Positions 9,674-19,739 are shown, numbered from the stretch's first letter. The stretch: DNA of 64,000 nucleotides from Devosia ginsengisoli (GCF_024707105.1 NZ_JANQAJ010000011.1:195488-259487), one strand, 5' to 3'. Made by a program: numbers and translations. Notes: generated by a model from the sequence alone, not told the origin.

Positions 9674-9869
9674 ACGGAGAACGTAAAGGCGAAACGGGTG
9701 TTCCATTGCACTCCGTGACCTACCGGGCGAGCCGGATTTCCACGTTTTTTGCCGTACAGCGAGCGACCGGTGACCGTTACCGCACTTCCGACTGGCCCCA
9801 GTCCATGCTACCGCTTGCCCCGTATTGCGGCGCGACCGCTTCCGATGACACCGTTTCGAGGGACCTCCA

Positions 9870-10565
9870 ATGGCGCGACAACCCGTCATAAAACGTACCC
9901 AGGCCGACGGCATGCCGCTGGCGCAACGCGCCTACGATGCCGTGCGCCAGGCGATCGAGAGTGGCGAACTTTCTCCCGGCGATCGAGTGTCGGAATACCG
10001 CATTGCCGACTGGCTCAAGATCAGCCGCACGCCGGCCCGCGAGGGGCTGCAGCGCCTCGAGGCGGAAGGCCTGCTATCCTATCGGGCACGCCGCGGCCTA
10101 GTCGTGGCGACGATCGACGAGGACGCGCTCAAGGAGCTTTTCCTGGCCCGTGAGGTGTTGGAAAGTGCTCTTGCCGAGCAGGCCGCGCAGAACGGCTCAG
10201 GCCCGGAACTCAGCGCCATCATGCGGCATTGCGAGCTGGAGTCGGGCCTCGTCGGGGACCGCGACAAGATGTATGAACACAACAGGGCGTTCCACGAACT
10301 GATCCGGCGCGCGGGCCATAATCGCTATCTCGCCAAGTTCAGCATGGGGCTGGACGATGTCGTGGCGGCCGATCGGCGCGGTTCTTCGCTGATCGATCCG
10401 GATCGCCAGGTCGCCGTGGTGGAAGAACACCGGAAGCTGGCCCAGGCAATTGCCGAACGCGACGTGGCCGCGGCGGGACGTGCCGCGGGCAATCATATCA
10501 AGGCCGCTTTTGCCGCGCGCCTCAAGGTCAGTGCTGCTCGCCAGCGTGAGACCGAAGCCAACTAA
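9870..10565 (+). CDS. GntR-family transcriptional regulator with FCD (FadR C-terminal) domain
   Basis: 231 aa. N-terminal wHTH LSPGDRVSEYRIADWLKISRTPAREGLQRLEAEGLL. Helical C-terminal domain with H-rich ligand site (HNRAFHELIRRAGHNRYL). RBS GAGGGA. Confidence 0.9.
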   Translation: MARQPVIKRTQADGMPLAQRAYDAVRQAIESGELSPGDRVSEYRIADWLKISRTPAREGLQRLEAEGLLSYRARRGLVVATIDEDALKELFLAREVLESALAEQAAQNGSGPELSAIMRHCELESGLVGDRDKMYEHNRAFHELIRRAGHNRYLAKFSMGLDDVVAADRRGSSLIDPDRQVAVVEEHRKLAQAIAERDVAAAGRAAGNHIKAAFAARLKVSAARQRETEAN

Positions 10566-10657
10566 CTCCTGTCTTCATGCCATTGCCGCTTGTTGACCAG
10601 CCACCCGCGCCATCAAAGCACGGGTGGCCGTGCAGGGCTTGTCACGTCTCTTCGTAA

Positions 10658-10675
10658 TGGTATACAACGGAATTC
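10658..10675. promoter_or_regulatory. candidate operator TGGTATAC-aacg-GAATTC upstream of the SDR operon
   Basis: Read directly. 56 bp upstream of ATG 10731. Confidence 0.6.
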
Positions 10676-10730
10676 TAACGTGAGTGGCAGGCGCGTTGGT
10701 GTTTTGTGCCGCGCTAAGGGGAGAGTGCCG

Positions 10731-11654
10731 ATGGAGCTTCCGGACAAGATCGTCGAGGGAAAGGTTGTCCTGGTGACGGGGGCCGGGCGCGGCATCGGCA
10801 AGGAAATCGCTCGCATGATGGCGCGGCAGGGCGCCAAGGTCGTGGTCAACGACCTGGGTGTCGAAGTCGGCGGAACGGGCGCGAATGAAAGCGTCGCCGA
10901 ACAGGCCGCAGCCGAGATTCGCGCCGAAGGCGGCGAGGCCGTCGCAAATGCCGACAGCGTCTCCGACTGGGACGGCGCGCATCGCATGGTTCAGACCGCA
11001 ATCGACGCGTTCGGCCGCATCGACTGCGTGGTCAACAATGCGGCGATCCTGCGCGACACCATCTTTCACAAGATGGAAAAGGCCGACTGGGATTTGTCGG
11101 TCGGCGTCATCCTCACGGGCAGCTTCTATGTCAGCAGGGCGGCCGCAGCGCATTTCCGCAAGCAGGAATCGGGCGCTTTCGTCCATATCAGCTCCACGTC
11201 GGGCCTCATTGGCGGCGTCGGGCAGGCCAATTACGGCGCAGCCAAGATCGGCCTGCAAGGGCTGTCAAAGGCCATCGCGCTGGACATGAAGCGTTTCAAC
11301 GTGCGCTCCAATGTGGTGGCGCCCTCGGCCTTCACCCGCATGACCGAGTCCATTCCGACCGAAACCGAAGAGCAGAAGCAGCGCGCCGCCAACCGGCGGA
11401 CGATCGCGCCGGAAAAGAACGCTCCCATTGTGGTCTACCTGGCCAGTGACGCCGCCAGCCATGTGACCGGGCAGGTCTTCTATACACGTGACAACGAACT
11501 GTTCCTGTTCAACCAGATGCGCCCGATCCGGCATGCGCATACCGCCGAAGGCTGGACCCCGCAGGCCATTGCCCAGCACGTCATGCCCGTCTTCGAGCCG
11601 GCTTTCATGCCGCTCGATCGCACGCGTGACGTGTTCACGTCGTATCTGCCGTGA
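10731..11654 (+). CDS. SDR-family oxidoreductase, probable 3-hydroxyacyl-CoA dehydrogenase (MFE-2 dehydrogenase-domain-like)
   Basis: ORF 10590..11654; start moved to MELPDKIVEGKVVLVTGAGRGIGKE (ATG 10731, RBS AAGGGGAGAG). Catalytic YGAAK. Long C-terminal extension. Confidence 0.85.
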   Translation: MELPDKIVEGKVVLVTGAGRGIGKEIARMMARQGAKVVVNDLGVEVGGTGANESVAEQAAAEIRAEGGEAVANADSVSDWDGAHRMVQTAIDAFGRIDCVVNNAAILRDTIFHKMEKADWDLSVGVILTGSFYVSRAAAAHFRKQESGAFVHISSTSGLIGGVGQANYGAAKIGLQGLSKAIALDMKRFNVRSNVVAPSAFTRMTESIPTETEEQKQRAANRRTIAPEKNAPIVVYLASDAASHVTGQVFYTRDNELFLFNQMRPIRHAHTAEGWTPQAIAQHVMPVFEPAFMPLDRTRDVFTSYLP

Positions 11655-13807
11655 GTCGCGCCATGAACCAGGTTGCCGCGGAAACCATGGGTAACGAGAC
11701 GCGTGCCGTCGATCTGTCGCGGCTGTTCGATCCGCGCGCCATCGCGGTGGTTGGCGCGACAGAGTCGAGCCGGGCCGTCGGCGGCCAGCCGATGCACTAT
11801 CTCACCACCTATGGCTATGAAGGCGAGGTATTTCCGGTCAATCCGAACCGAGAGACGGTGCTTGGCCGCAAGTGCTATCCCACGCTGGCGGATATACCAT
11901 CCGGTTGTGATGTCGTGCTGATCGCGATCGCGGCGCGCCTGGTGCCCGACGTGATCCGGCAAGCCGGCGCCAGAGGCATTCCTTTTGCGGTCATCCTCTC
12001 CTCGGGCTTCCGCGAGGCCGGGGACGAGGGCAAGGCCATCGAGGCCGAACTGATCGCCGCCATCAAGGAAACCGGAATTCGCGCCGTCGGTCCCAATTGC
12101 ATGGGCGTGCTCAATATTCCAAAGAGGGTTCATAATGGTTTCGGGCAGGGCTTCGGCGTGAAGGACTATTCCGTCGGACCTGTGGCCATGGCCACGCAGA
12201 GCGGCGGCTATGGCTTTACGCTGGTGCGCAATGCCAGCCGCGCCGGGACCGGGTTCAACTATATCGCCTCGGTCGGCAACAGCGTCGACCTCAACGTTCT
12301 CGATTTCATCGACTATTTCCTCGACTGCGACGACGTGAAGGTGGTCACCGCCTTTATCGAGGGCGTTTCGGATGGTCGGCGCCTGCTGGAGCTGGGGCGC
12401 AAGGCGCTCGAGCGCAACAAGCCGATCCTCGTCTGGAAGGCAGGCAATACCGCGGCTGGTCAGAAGGCCGCCGCATCGCACACGGCCAGCCTGGCCAGCA
12501 GCTACGCGCTCTATCAGGCGGCATTCCGTCAAGGCGGCTATGTCGAGGTTGACGATTACGAAGATCTCGTCGACCTGGCCAAGGCCTTTCTCGCCGGAAC
12601 GCTGCCGCGCGGCGACCGCGTCGGGCTGGTGTCCGGTTCTGGCGGGGCAGGGGTCATTGCCTCGGATCGCTTCATGCAGGCCGGCCTGCAATTGCCCGAA
12701 TTTTCCGCAACCACCAAATCCGTATTGCGCGACATGCTGCCGCCGCTCGCCGGAACCGGCAATCCGGTGGACATTTCGGGGCAGAACACCAAGGACGGCA
12801 AGAGCCTGTCCAATGCTGCCGCCGAAGCGGTGCTCGCCGACGAAAATATCGACATGGTGATGGTGCGCTCCGGCCAGACGACCGGCAGTATCGAAGCGGC
12901 GCAGTCCATCATCGATATTGCGCGCGAGGCCGGCAAGCCGGTGCTCGTCGCGACGGTCGCGGAGGATCACCTGCCTGCCAAGGCGCTGTTGGACGCTGCC
13001 GGTCTGCCGTGGTTCCTGACGGTCGGCCGGGCAGCGACTGCCGCGCGGGCGCTGGCCGATTTCTCGATGCGCCAGCAGAAATGGGCCGCTCGCCCTCGGG
13101 CGATCCAGAGGCCAGTGGGCCGTGCCGCGCTGTCATTCCCTGACGGGGAAACGTTCCTCAGCGAGCGGGCGTCGCGCGATGTGCTGGCCCAATATGGCAT
13201 CCCGCTTGTCCGCCAGGAATTCGTCCCGGCCGACGCGGTGGACAGGTTCAGTTTGCAGGACCTGGCTTTCCCGGTCGTGGTGAAGGTCAATTCACCCGAT
13301 ATTCCGCACAAGAGCGAGGCGGGAGCGATCCGCGTCAATCTCACGACTCTGGAAGCGGTACGGTCGGCGGCGCGGGAGGTGATCGCGGCGGCGCGAGCCT
13401 ATGTTCCTGACGCTCGTATCGACGGGGTGCTGGTGCAGGAAATGGCCAAGGGAACCGAACTGCTGCTCGGAGCGGCCGACGATGCCTGTTTCGGGCCGAT
13501 CGTCCTGTTTGGCCTGGGCGGTATTTTCGCCGAGGTCATGGCCGACGTCGTCTACAGGTTTGCCCCCTTCGACAAAATGTCGGCGCAAGACATGCTCACC
13601 GAGATCAAGGGCGTGAAGCTGCTTCAGGGCTATCGGGGGCAGGCGGTGGCCGACCTCGATGCGCTGGCCAATATCGTGATGCGGCTGGGCTGGCTCATGA
13701 GCGACTATAGGGAAGCCATAGAGAGCATTGATATCAATCCAATTTTCGTAAATGGCGGCACCATTCTTGCCGCGGATGCCCTCATCGCGCTCAAGGGCAG
13801 GGGGTAG
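11651..13807 (+). CDS. ADP-forming acyl-CoA synthetase (acetate--CoA ligase family; CoA-binding + ligase-CoA + ATP-grasp domains fused)
   Basis: 718 aa. PRAIAVVGAT CoA-binding start, GPNCMGV, C-terminal ATP-grasp region (FPVVVKVNSPDIPHKSEAGAIRVNL). GTGA overlap with the SDR stop. Confidence 0.85.
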   Translation: MSRAMNQVAAETMGNETRAVDLSRLFDPRAIAVVGATESSRAVGGQPMHYLTTYGYEGEVFPVNPNRETVLGRKCYPTLADIPSGCDVVLIAIAARLVPDVIRQAGARGIPFAVILSSGFREAGDEGKAIEAELIAAIKETGIRAVGPNCMGVLNIPKRVHNGFGQGFGVKDYSVGPVAMATQSGGYGFTLVRNASRAGTGFNYIASVGNSVDLNVLDFIDYFLDCDDVKVVTAFIEGVSDGRRLLELGRKALERNKPILVWKAGNTAAGQKAAASHTASLASSYALYQAAFRQGGYVEVDDYEDLVDLAKAFLAGTLPRGDRVGLVSGSGGAGVIASDRFMQAGLQLPEFSATTKSVLRDMLPPLAGTGNPVDISGQNTKDGKSLSNAAAEAVLADENIDMVMVRSGQTTGSIEAAQSIIDIAREAGKPVLVATVAEDHLPAKALLDAAGLPWFLTVGRAATAARALADFSMRQQKWAARPRAIQRPVGRAALSFPDGETFLSERASRDVLAQYGIPLVRQEFVPADAVDRFSLQDLAFPVVVKVNSPDIPHKSEAGAIRVNLTTLEAVRSAAREVIAAARAYVPDARIDGVLVQEMAKGTELLLGAADDACFGPIVLFGLGGIFAEVMADVVYRFAPFDKMSAQDMLTEIKGVKLLQGYRGQAVADLDALANIVMRLGWLMSDYREAIESIDINPIFVNGGTILAADALIALKGRG

Positions 13808-13810
13808 TCG

Positions 13811-14668
13811 ATGCCGCTCGATTACGAGGCGCTCAAGGCCTATCGCATTCCACAGACCGAGATGGCGCTGACCAAGCGGGATACGATGCTCTACGCCCTG
13901 GGAATCGGACTGGGGGCGGATCCCACCGACGAGCGCCAGCTTCGTTTCGTCTACGAGAAGAACCTGCTGGCCGTTCCAACCATGGCAACCCTGATCGCAG
14001 CGCCCCATGCCTGGATCAGGAAGGCCAATGTCGGTTCCAGCGGCAAGAGCGTTCACGCCGGTATTAGCTTCCGGCTGCACCGCCCTATCCCGGTCGAAGG
14101 CAGCTTCCGCAGCGAAAACAGTGTCGATGAAGTGGTCGACAAGGGCGAGGGCAAGGCCGCGCTTGTGACGACACGGCGGCGGGTGTTCTCAGAGCAGGAT
14201 GACGCTCTGATCTTCGAGATTCTATCGACCAGCATGCAACGTGGCGATGGTGGTTTCGGCGGTCCCTCGACGTCGTCGGCGCCGGCCCACGAGGTTCCAG
14301 GCTCGCCGCCGGACATGGTCGTGGACATGCCCACTCTGCCGCAGCAGGGGCTGATCTACCGCTTGAGCGGGGACTACAACCCGCTGCACGCCGATCCGGA
14401 GCATGCCCGATCGAACGGCTTTCCGCGCCCGATCCTGCACGGCCTCTGCACCTATGGCATTGCCGGACATGCGCTGCTGCGCGCCCTATGCGACTACGAA
14501 CCGGCGCGGCTTGTGGCGATGAGCGCACGGTTTTCCAGGCCGGTCTATCCCGGCGACACACTTCAGATCCAGATATGGCAGCGCGGCGATACGGCCCATT
14601 TCCGCTGCCTTGTGCCAGCCCGCGACAACGAGGTCGTGCTCGATTTCGGACATGTCGAACTCGCCTGA
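13811..14668 (+). CDS. MaoC-like (R)-specific enoyl-CoA hydratase, double hot-dog (MFE-2 hydratase-2-like)
   Basis: 285 aa. NPLHADPEHARSNGFPRPILHGLCTYG hydratase-2 motif in the C-terminal half. Confidence 0.85.
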   Translation: MPLDYEALKAYRIPQTEMALTKRDTMLYALGIGLGADPTDERQLRFVYEKNLLAVPTMATLIAAPHAWIRKANVGSSGKSVHAGISFRLHRPIPVEGSFRSENSVDEVVDKGEGKAALVTTRRRVFSEQDDALIFEILSTSMQRGDGGFGGPSTSSAPAHEVPGSPPDMVVDMPTLPQQGLIYRLSGDYNPLHADPEHARSNGFPRPILHGLCTYGIAGHALLRALCDYEPARLVAMSARFSRPVYPGDTLQIQIWQRGDTAHFRCLVPARDNEVVLDFGHVELA

Positions 14669-14699
14669 CGGCGGAACAGAACTACGGAGGAGCAGAACG

Positions 14700-16079
14700 A
14701 TGGCGGCAGTAGAAGTGGCCCGAACCGAAGGGGTTGGGGAAGGTCATCGCGGTGAAAAGCTGGCGAAATTCGTCGCCGCGGCTCCCGGCCGGGACTATCC
14801 GCCCGAAATCATCGCGGCGGCGAAGGGGGCGCTGGTCGATTTCGTCGGCGTCACCATCGGTTCGTTCGACGAGCCGGCAGCCAAGGCCACGCGGGCCGTT
14901 GCCGAGGCATGGGGCGTGCCGGGGAAGGCGCAAATATTCGGCGCCGGCACCACCAATGCGGCCATGGCGGCATTGGTCAACGGCACGATGGCGCATTGCC
15001 AGGATTATGACGACACCCATATCGGCGGCTCGGGACATATCGGGGCGCCGGTCTGGTCGGCGGCCCTGGCGGTTGCCGGCGAGCGGGGGCTCGACGAGAA
15101 GGCGGCGCTGTCCGGCTTCATCACCGGTTTCGAGGTGATGGCGCATCTGGGGACGGGCGGCATAAGGGGCGTGGGGCGTAACCTGCAGCAGTGCGGGTTT
15201 CATCCCACGGGTGTTCATGGCGTCGTGGGCGCTGCGGCGGCCAGCGCCGCCATGCAGGGGCTGGACGAGGAGCAGTCGGCCAATGCGCTCGGCGCCGCGG
15301 CCACATCGGCGTCAGGATTCGTCGCCTCGTTCGGCAGCGATTCAAAGCCCTATCATGCCGGCCGCGCAGCGTGGAACGGCATCCTGGCGGCTGATCTGGC
15401 GGCCAATGGTTTCACGGCGGCCAAGGGGCTGTTCGAGCGCGAAAAGGGCATGCTGGCTGCGCTCATCCAGGATAATCGCGCCGAAATTCCGAATATCGAC
15501 TTCGATGATGGCTGGGAGCTGCTGAACAATGGCTACAAGCCCTTCGCCTGCTGTCGCGCGACGCATGCCTCCATCGCCGCGGCGCACAAGCTGACGGCCC
15601 AGGTCAAGGGCCGCAAGGTCAAGCGCGTGACTTCGAAAGTGCACTACAATGCGCCGTTCAGCGCGGGCAAGACCAACCCGCAATCGCCGCTCGAATGCAA
15701 ATTCTCGGTCGCTTTCTGCATCGCGGCAGCGCTCGAGGGCTATTCTATGGTCGGGACCGATTTCACCGAGCATATGCTGCGCGACCCGGCCGTGCAGGCC
15801 ATCCTGCCCAATGTGGAGCTATTGCCGCAGCGCGAGCAGCCGCAATTCGAGGCCTATCTCGATGTCTGGCTGGAAGATGGCACGCATCTGCAGTCCGAGA
15901 CCAAGCTCTTTCTGGGCCATCCGCAGAACCCGATGAGCCCGGAGCAGGTCCACGCCAAGTTCATGTCACTGGTCGAGCCGCGGCTGGGCGCCGAAAAGGC
16001 CGAAAGGCTGCTGGCTACGCTCTACCGTTTCGACGAACCGGGTGCCCTTGCCGAAACCATGGCGCTGGTTCGCGCCTGA
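14700..16079 (+). CDS. MmgE/PrpD-family protein, paralogue 1
   Basis: ORF 14610..16079; start moved to MAAVEVAR (ATG 14700, RBS GGAGGAG). Family strings LVDFVGVTIGS, HCQDYDDTH, GFHPTG, SKPYHAGRAA. Confidence 0.85.
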   Translation: MAAVEVARTEGVGEGHRGEKLAKFVAAAPGRDYPPEIIAAAKGALVDFVGVTIGSFDEPAAKATRAVAEAWGVPGKAQIFGAGTTNAAMAALVNGTMAHCQDYDDTHIGGSGHIGAPVWSAALAVAGERGLDEKAALSGFITGFEVMAHLGTGGIRGVGRNLQQCGFHPTGVHGVVGAAAASAAMQGLDEEQSANALGAAATSASGFVASFGSDSKPYHAGRAAWNGILAADLAANGFTAAKGLFEREKGMLAALIQDNRAEIPNIDFDDGWELLNNGYKPFACCRATHASIAAAHKLTAQVKGRKVKRVTSKVHYNAPFSAGKTNPQSPLECKFSVAFCIAAALEGYSMVGTDFTEHMLRDPAVQAILPNVELLPQREQPQFEAYLDVWLEDGTHLQSETKLFLGHPQNPMSPEQVHAKFMSLVEPRLGAEKAERLLATLYRFDEPGALAETMALVRA

Positions 16080-16094
16080 CCTACGGAGAATAGT

Positions 16095-16997
16095 ATGTCC
16101 ACCGATTGGCTGGATGGTGCGGCGCAGGGCCGTGCCGATCGTGCCGCCGTCCTGCGCCAACTGATCGCGCGCAAGCAGAGCGTGGCTGTTCCCGGAGCGG
16201 CCGATGGCATGAGCGCGCAGCTGGCGCGCGATGCCGGGTTTGAGGCGCTCTATCTTTCGGGTGCCGCCGTTTCTGCCTCGATGGCCCTGCCTGACCTGGG
16301 CATGCTGACGCTCGAGGATGTGACGCGTAAAGCCCGCGAGGTCGTCCGTGCATCCGGGCTCCCGCTGATCGTGGACGCCGATACCGGTTTCGGCGAGGTG
16401 CTCAATATCATGCGCGCGGTGCGCGAGCTGGAAGAGGCCGGGGCGGCCTGCATTCAGATTGAAGATCAGGTATTTCCCAAGAAGTGCGGGCATCTCAATG
16501 ACAAGTCGGTCGTGCCCGTCGAGGATATGTGCCGCAAGATCGCCGCTGCGCGGCAGGCGTCCTCGGGACTGCTGATCTGCGCGCGCACCGATGCGGGCAC
16601 CGCGGATTTCGACGACGCGATCCGGCGTGCCAACCGTTATGTTGCGGCCGGTGCAGATGTGATCTTCGTCGAAGCGCTGCATTCGATCGAGGCCATGCGT
16701 CGGGCGCGCGCCGAAATAGCGGCGCCGCTGCTGGCCAACATGACCGAGTTCGGGCGTACGCCGCAGACCTCGCTCCAGACATTCAACGAACTGGGCTACG
16801 AACTCGTCATCTACCCCGTCTCGGCCGCCCGCGCTGCGTGGCGCGCCAGCAAGTCGGTCTATGAGGCTATCAGACGCGATGGCGAGGTCGGAACGACCAT
16901 CGACGCCATGATGACGCGGGCCGAGCTCTACCAGACCATCGGCTATTACGACTACGAGGCGCTCGACGCCAAGATCGTCAAAACCGTTCTCGAATAA
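16095..16997 (+). CDS. isocitrate lyase/PEP mutase-family C-C lyase (methylisocitrate lyase / dimethylmalate lyase-like)
   Basis: 300 aa. PGAADGMSAQLARDAGFEALYLSGAA, IVDADTGFG, IEDQVFPKKCGHL signature. Confidence 0.85.
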   Translation: MSTDWLDGAAQGRADRAAVLRQLIARKQSVAVPGAADGMSAQLARDAGFEALYLSGAAVSASMALPDLGMLTLEDVTRKAREVVRASGLPLIVDADTGFGEVLNIMRAVRELEEAGAACIQIEDQVFPKKCGHLNDKSVVPVEDMCRKIAAARQASSGLLICARTDAGTADFDDAIRRANRYVAAGADVIFVEALHSIEAMRRARAEIAAPLLANMTEFGRTPQTSLQTFNELGYELVIYPVSAARAAWRASKSVYEAIRRDGEVGTTIDAMMTRAELYQTIGYYDYEALDAKIVKTVLE

Positions 16998-17017
16998 CAG
17001 ATCAGGAGACTATCGGC

Positions 17018-18418
17018 ATGGGTCACATCGGCTCGGGCAACCCCTATACGCGCGCAGTTGCCGAATTCGTTTCCGGGCTTCGCTACGAAGATATTCCCGA
17101 AACGGTTCGCGAGCGCCTCAAGCTGCTCATTCTCGACTCGCTCGGTTGTGCGCTCTACGGGGCCAACCTGGAATGGTCGCATATTCTCCACAAGACGCTG
17201 GGCGCCGTCGATACCAGCAGTTCGGCAGCCATCTGGGGGACCAACAGGCGGATTTCGACGCCGCACGCGGCTTTGATCAACGGCACGCAGGTCCAGGGTT
17301 TTGAACTCGATGACGTGCATCGCGTCGGTGTCATGCATGTGGGGGCGGTAACGCTTCCCGGACTGGTTGGCATTGCAGAAGCGCATCGGAACCTCTCCGG
17401 ACGCGAGTTCCTCACGGCAGCGCTGGCGGGTTACGAAGTCGGCCCGCGCGTCGGCATCTGCATGGGGCAAGAGCATATCGGGCAGGGCTGGCATTCCGGT
17501 GCGACGCTGGGCGTGTTCTCGTCGGCCGCCGCAGCAGCCCGCGCACTGAGCCTCGATGCCGACAGGACCGTCCATGCCCTAGGCATTGCCGGCACGCAAT
17601 CTGCCGGGCTGATGGCGGCGCAGTTCGGCGCCATGGTCAAGCGCATGCATGCCGGCCGCTCGGCACAGAGCGGGCTCTATGGTGCGCTTCTGGCCGCCAA
17701 CGGCTTTACCGGTATCATCGATGTGTTCGAGGCGCCGTATGGCGGCTTTGCCACGACCTTTTCGCGATCGGACGATCGTTTCAACCTGGATGCGCTGACG
17801 AGTGGGTTGGGGGAAACGTTCGAGACCATGCGCATCGCGCTCAAGTTCTACTCCTGCGTGGGCAGCAACCACACCACGCTGGATTCCATCCGCGCCATCC
17901 AGCAGCGCCGCCCGTTTACGGTGGATGAGCTGGAGAAAATCGTGGTTCGAGGCTCGCAGGTCACCGTGGATCACGTGGGCTGGGAATATCGGCCGGAGGG
18001 CATAACTTCGGCGCAGCTCAACCTGCCATATTGCGTGGCGACGCTGCTGCTGGAAGGCGATGTGTTCGTCAACCAGTTCTCCGATGAATTGGTGGCGGAT
18101 CGCCAGCGCATGGACCTGCTCAAGCGGGTACAGGTCGTGCATGATCCGGAAATCACCGCGAAAGGCTCGACCTTCCGCCATATGGTCAAGGTCGAGGTTC
18201 ATCTCAGGGATGGCAGCGTGCATCATGAGGAGCGTGAGGCGCCGCGGGGCAGCGAAAAGAGCTTTGCCAGTGCCGATGATATTGTCGAGAAGTTCAAGAA
18301 ACTCGCCAGCAGCGTCATGCCGTCGGATCAGCAGCAGCGCCTTGTCGATGCAGTGCTCAACCTCGAAGACCTCGACGATGCGCGATTGTTGACTGACCAA
18401 CTGGTCGTTCGCGGCTGA
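17018..18418 (+). CDS. MmgE/PrpD-family protein, paralogue 2
   Basis: 466 aa. LLILDSLGCALYG, GFELDDVH, GWHSGATLG, VKRMHAGRSAQSG. Confidence 0.85.
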   Translation: MGHIGSGNPYTRAVAEFVSGLRYEDIPETVRERLKLLILDSLGCALYGANLEWSHILHKTLGAVDTSSSAAIWGTNRRISTPHAALINGTQVQGFELDDVHRVGVMHVGAVTLPGLVGIAEAHRNLSGREFLTAALAGYEVGPRVGICMGQEHIGQGWHSGATLGVFSSAAAAARALSLDADRTVHALGIAGTQSAGLMAAQFGAMVKRMHAGRSAQSGLYGALLAANGFTGIIDVFEAPYGGFATTFSRSDDRFNLDALTSGLGETFETMRIALKFYSCVGSNHTTLDSIRAIQQRRPFTVDELEKIVVRGSQVTVDHVGWEYRPEGITSAQLNLPYCVATLLLEGDVFVNQFSDELVADRQRMDLLKRVQVVHDPEITAKGSTFRHMVKVEVHLRDGSVHHEEREAPRGSEKSFASADDIVEKFKKLASSVMPSDQQQRLVDAVLNLEDLDDARLLTDQLVVRG

Positions 18419-18424
18419 TATGCT

Positions 18425-19460
18425 TCAGGTCCGCGCGAAGCGCGCCGCGCCGTTGTCGTCCAGACTGGTGACCACGCGGCCGCGACGTTGCAGATAATTG
18501 AGGTGCGCCAGGGTTTCTGAAAGCGCCTGGCGCGCGTGGCTGCCTGCCATGGCGCGCGCGAAGACCATGAGGGCCACGGCATAGGCTGTCTGCGGCGTGT
18601 CGAGAGTAGCCTCGACCTGGTCCAGGCGCGCCTCATGGTGCGACCGTAGCTGTGCCAATCTTTCATGCAGGCCGTAGAAGGGGGCGCCATGGGACGGCAA
18701 TACGAGCGTGTCGGCGGGCAGTTGCGCCAGGACGTCGAAGGAGGCGAAGAATTCCTGCAGGGGATCGCCGTAAGGCTCGCCGGGATGCACGGTGATGGAC
18801 GGCGTGATGTGCGACAATACCTGATCGGCCGCGATCAGCAGATGTCTGCCGGGATCGAACAGGGTGATCATCTCGGGCGCATGGCCGCCAAACGCCCTGA
18901 CTTCCCAGCTTGCCCCGCCAGCTAAAAAGCTGTCGCCGGTTTGCAGCCGGCGGTACTGGACGGGAAGCGGCACGAAGTTCGAACGGACCCCGATACGGTT
19001 CGCAATGATGGTCTCGCCTTCGTCGGTCGGGCAGCCACACCAGGCCAGCCAGATATTGGCCTGCTCAGCAGTGCGTTCCTCCGGCTCGGTGATCCGCAGG
19101 CCGGCCGTAAGATACTCGGCGAGCGACATCCAGACCGTCGCACCGCTGCGCTCGGCCAATGTTCCCAGATAGCCGACATGATCCACATGGCCGTGGGTAA
19201 CGAGGATGTCACCAACCCCTCGCGAGGCCAGGGTAGTCTCGAACGTGCGGTCCCACACCGCCCGGGTTTCTGCGGAATTCATGCCGCAGTCGATAACGGT
19301 CCAGCCCCTCCGGTCCATCACATAGCCAGGCATTGACGTGATCGAGGCGGCCGGGGAGCGGCAGCCGCAACCAGAAAAGACCATTGGCTACTTCAACGGG
19401 TGCAGCACCCACGGGCGGTGTCTCGAACGGAAATTGCAGGTCGTGAGGGTAGGAGGGCAT
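18425..19460 (-). pseudogene. MBL-fold metallo-hydrolase, frameshifted (or sequencing error)
   Basis: ORF 19209..19460 encodes the N-terminus (GLFWLRLPLPGRLDHVNAWLCDGPEG). ORF 18425..19384 encodes the rest (GWTVIDCGMNSAE ... THGHVDHVG). The frames join if one base of the C4 run 19305..19308 is removed. Confidence 0.75.
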
Positions 19461-19518
19461 TGAGGTCTTTCATATCTGCACGATGCGTGAACCGGTAGTT
19501 CGCCAGAGTCTCAATAAA

Positions 19519-19536
19519 GAATACATTGGTATACCT
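19519..19536. promoter_or_regulatory. candidate operator GAATAC-attg-GTATAC-CT upstream of the MBL hydrolase gene
   Basis: Read directly. About 59 bp upstream of ATG 19460 (minus strand). Confidence 0.55.
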
Positions 19537-19703
19537 TGATGAGCAACGACACGTTGGACCTCGTCATCCGTGCGACGGGATATGGGTCTTGAGCCGCGAC
19601 AGGGCCGCGAGCGCCTTATTCTGTGTGGGCGCGCCGCCACATCTGGCGCAACTCCCCCGAAAAATGCTCGAACGAACTTGCCATGCTCGCGGCTTTGGTG
19701 CAT

Positions 19704-19722
19704 GAGTACGATGGTATACCAT
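19704..19722. promoter_or_regulatory. candidate operator GAGTAC-gatg-GTATAC-CAT; contains the perfect 12-bp palindrome ATGGTATACCAT
   Basis: Palindrome at 19711..19722 read directly. 20 bp upstream of ATG 19740. Confidence 0.65.
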
Positions 19723-19739
19723 TAATCCAGGATTTAGGG

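Noticed and set aside
7066-9891. 941-aa ORF on the plus strand, the longest after metH
   Set aside because: It lies entirely antisense to the well-supported CoA-transferase and ETF-QO genes. Its translation is Arg/Gly/Ala/His-rich with no recognisable motif. This is the typical open antisense frame of high-GC DNA.
10600-10628. Inverted repeat GCCACCCG-N13-CGGGTGGC after the gntR stop
   Set aside because: Short stem, 13-nt loop and no T tract. It is too weak to call a terminator and sits just upstream of operator site 3.
11480-12970. 496-aa minus-strand ORF
   Set aside because: Antisense to the acyl-CoA synthetase gene. Same reasoning as for the other antisense ORFs.
19470-19703. 77-aa minus-strand ORF between the two operator sites
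   Set aside because: Arg-rich with no RBS or motif. It lies within a regulatory intergenic region and is most likely non-coding.
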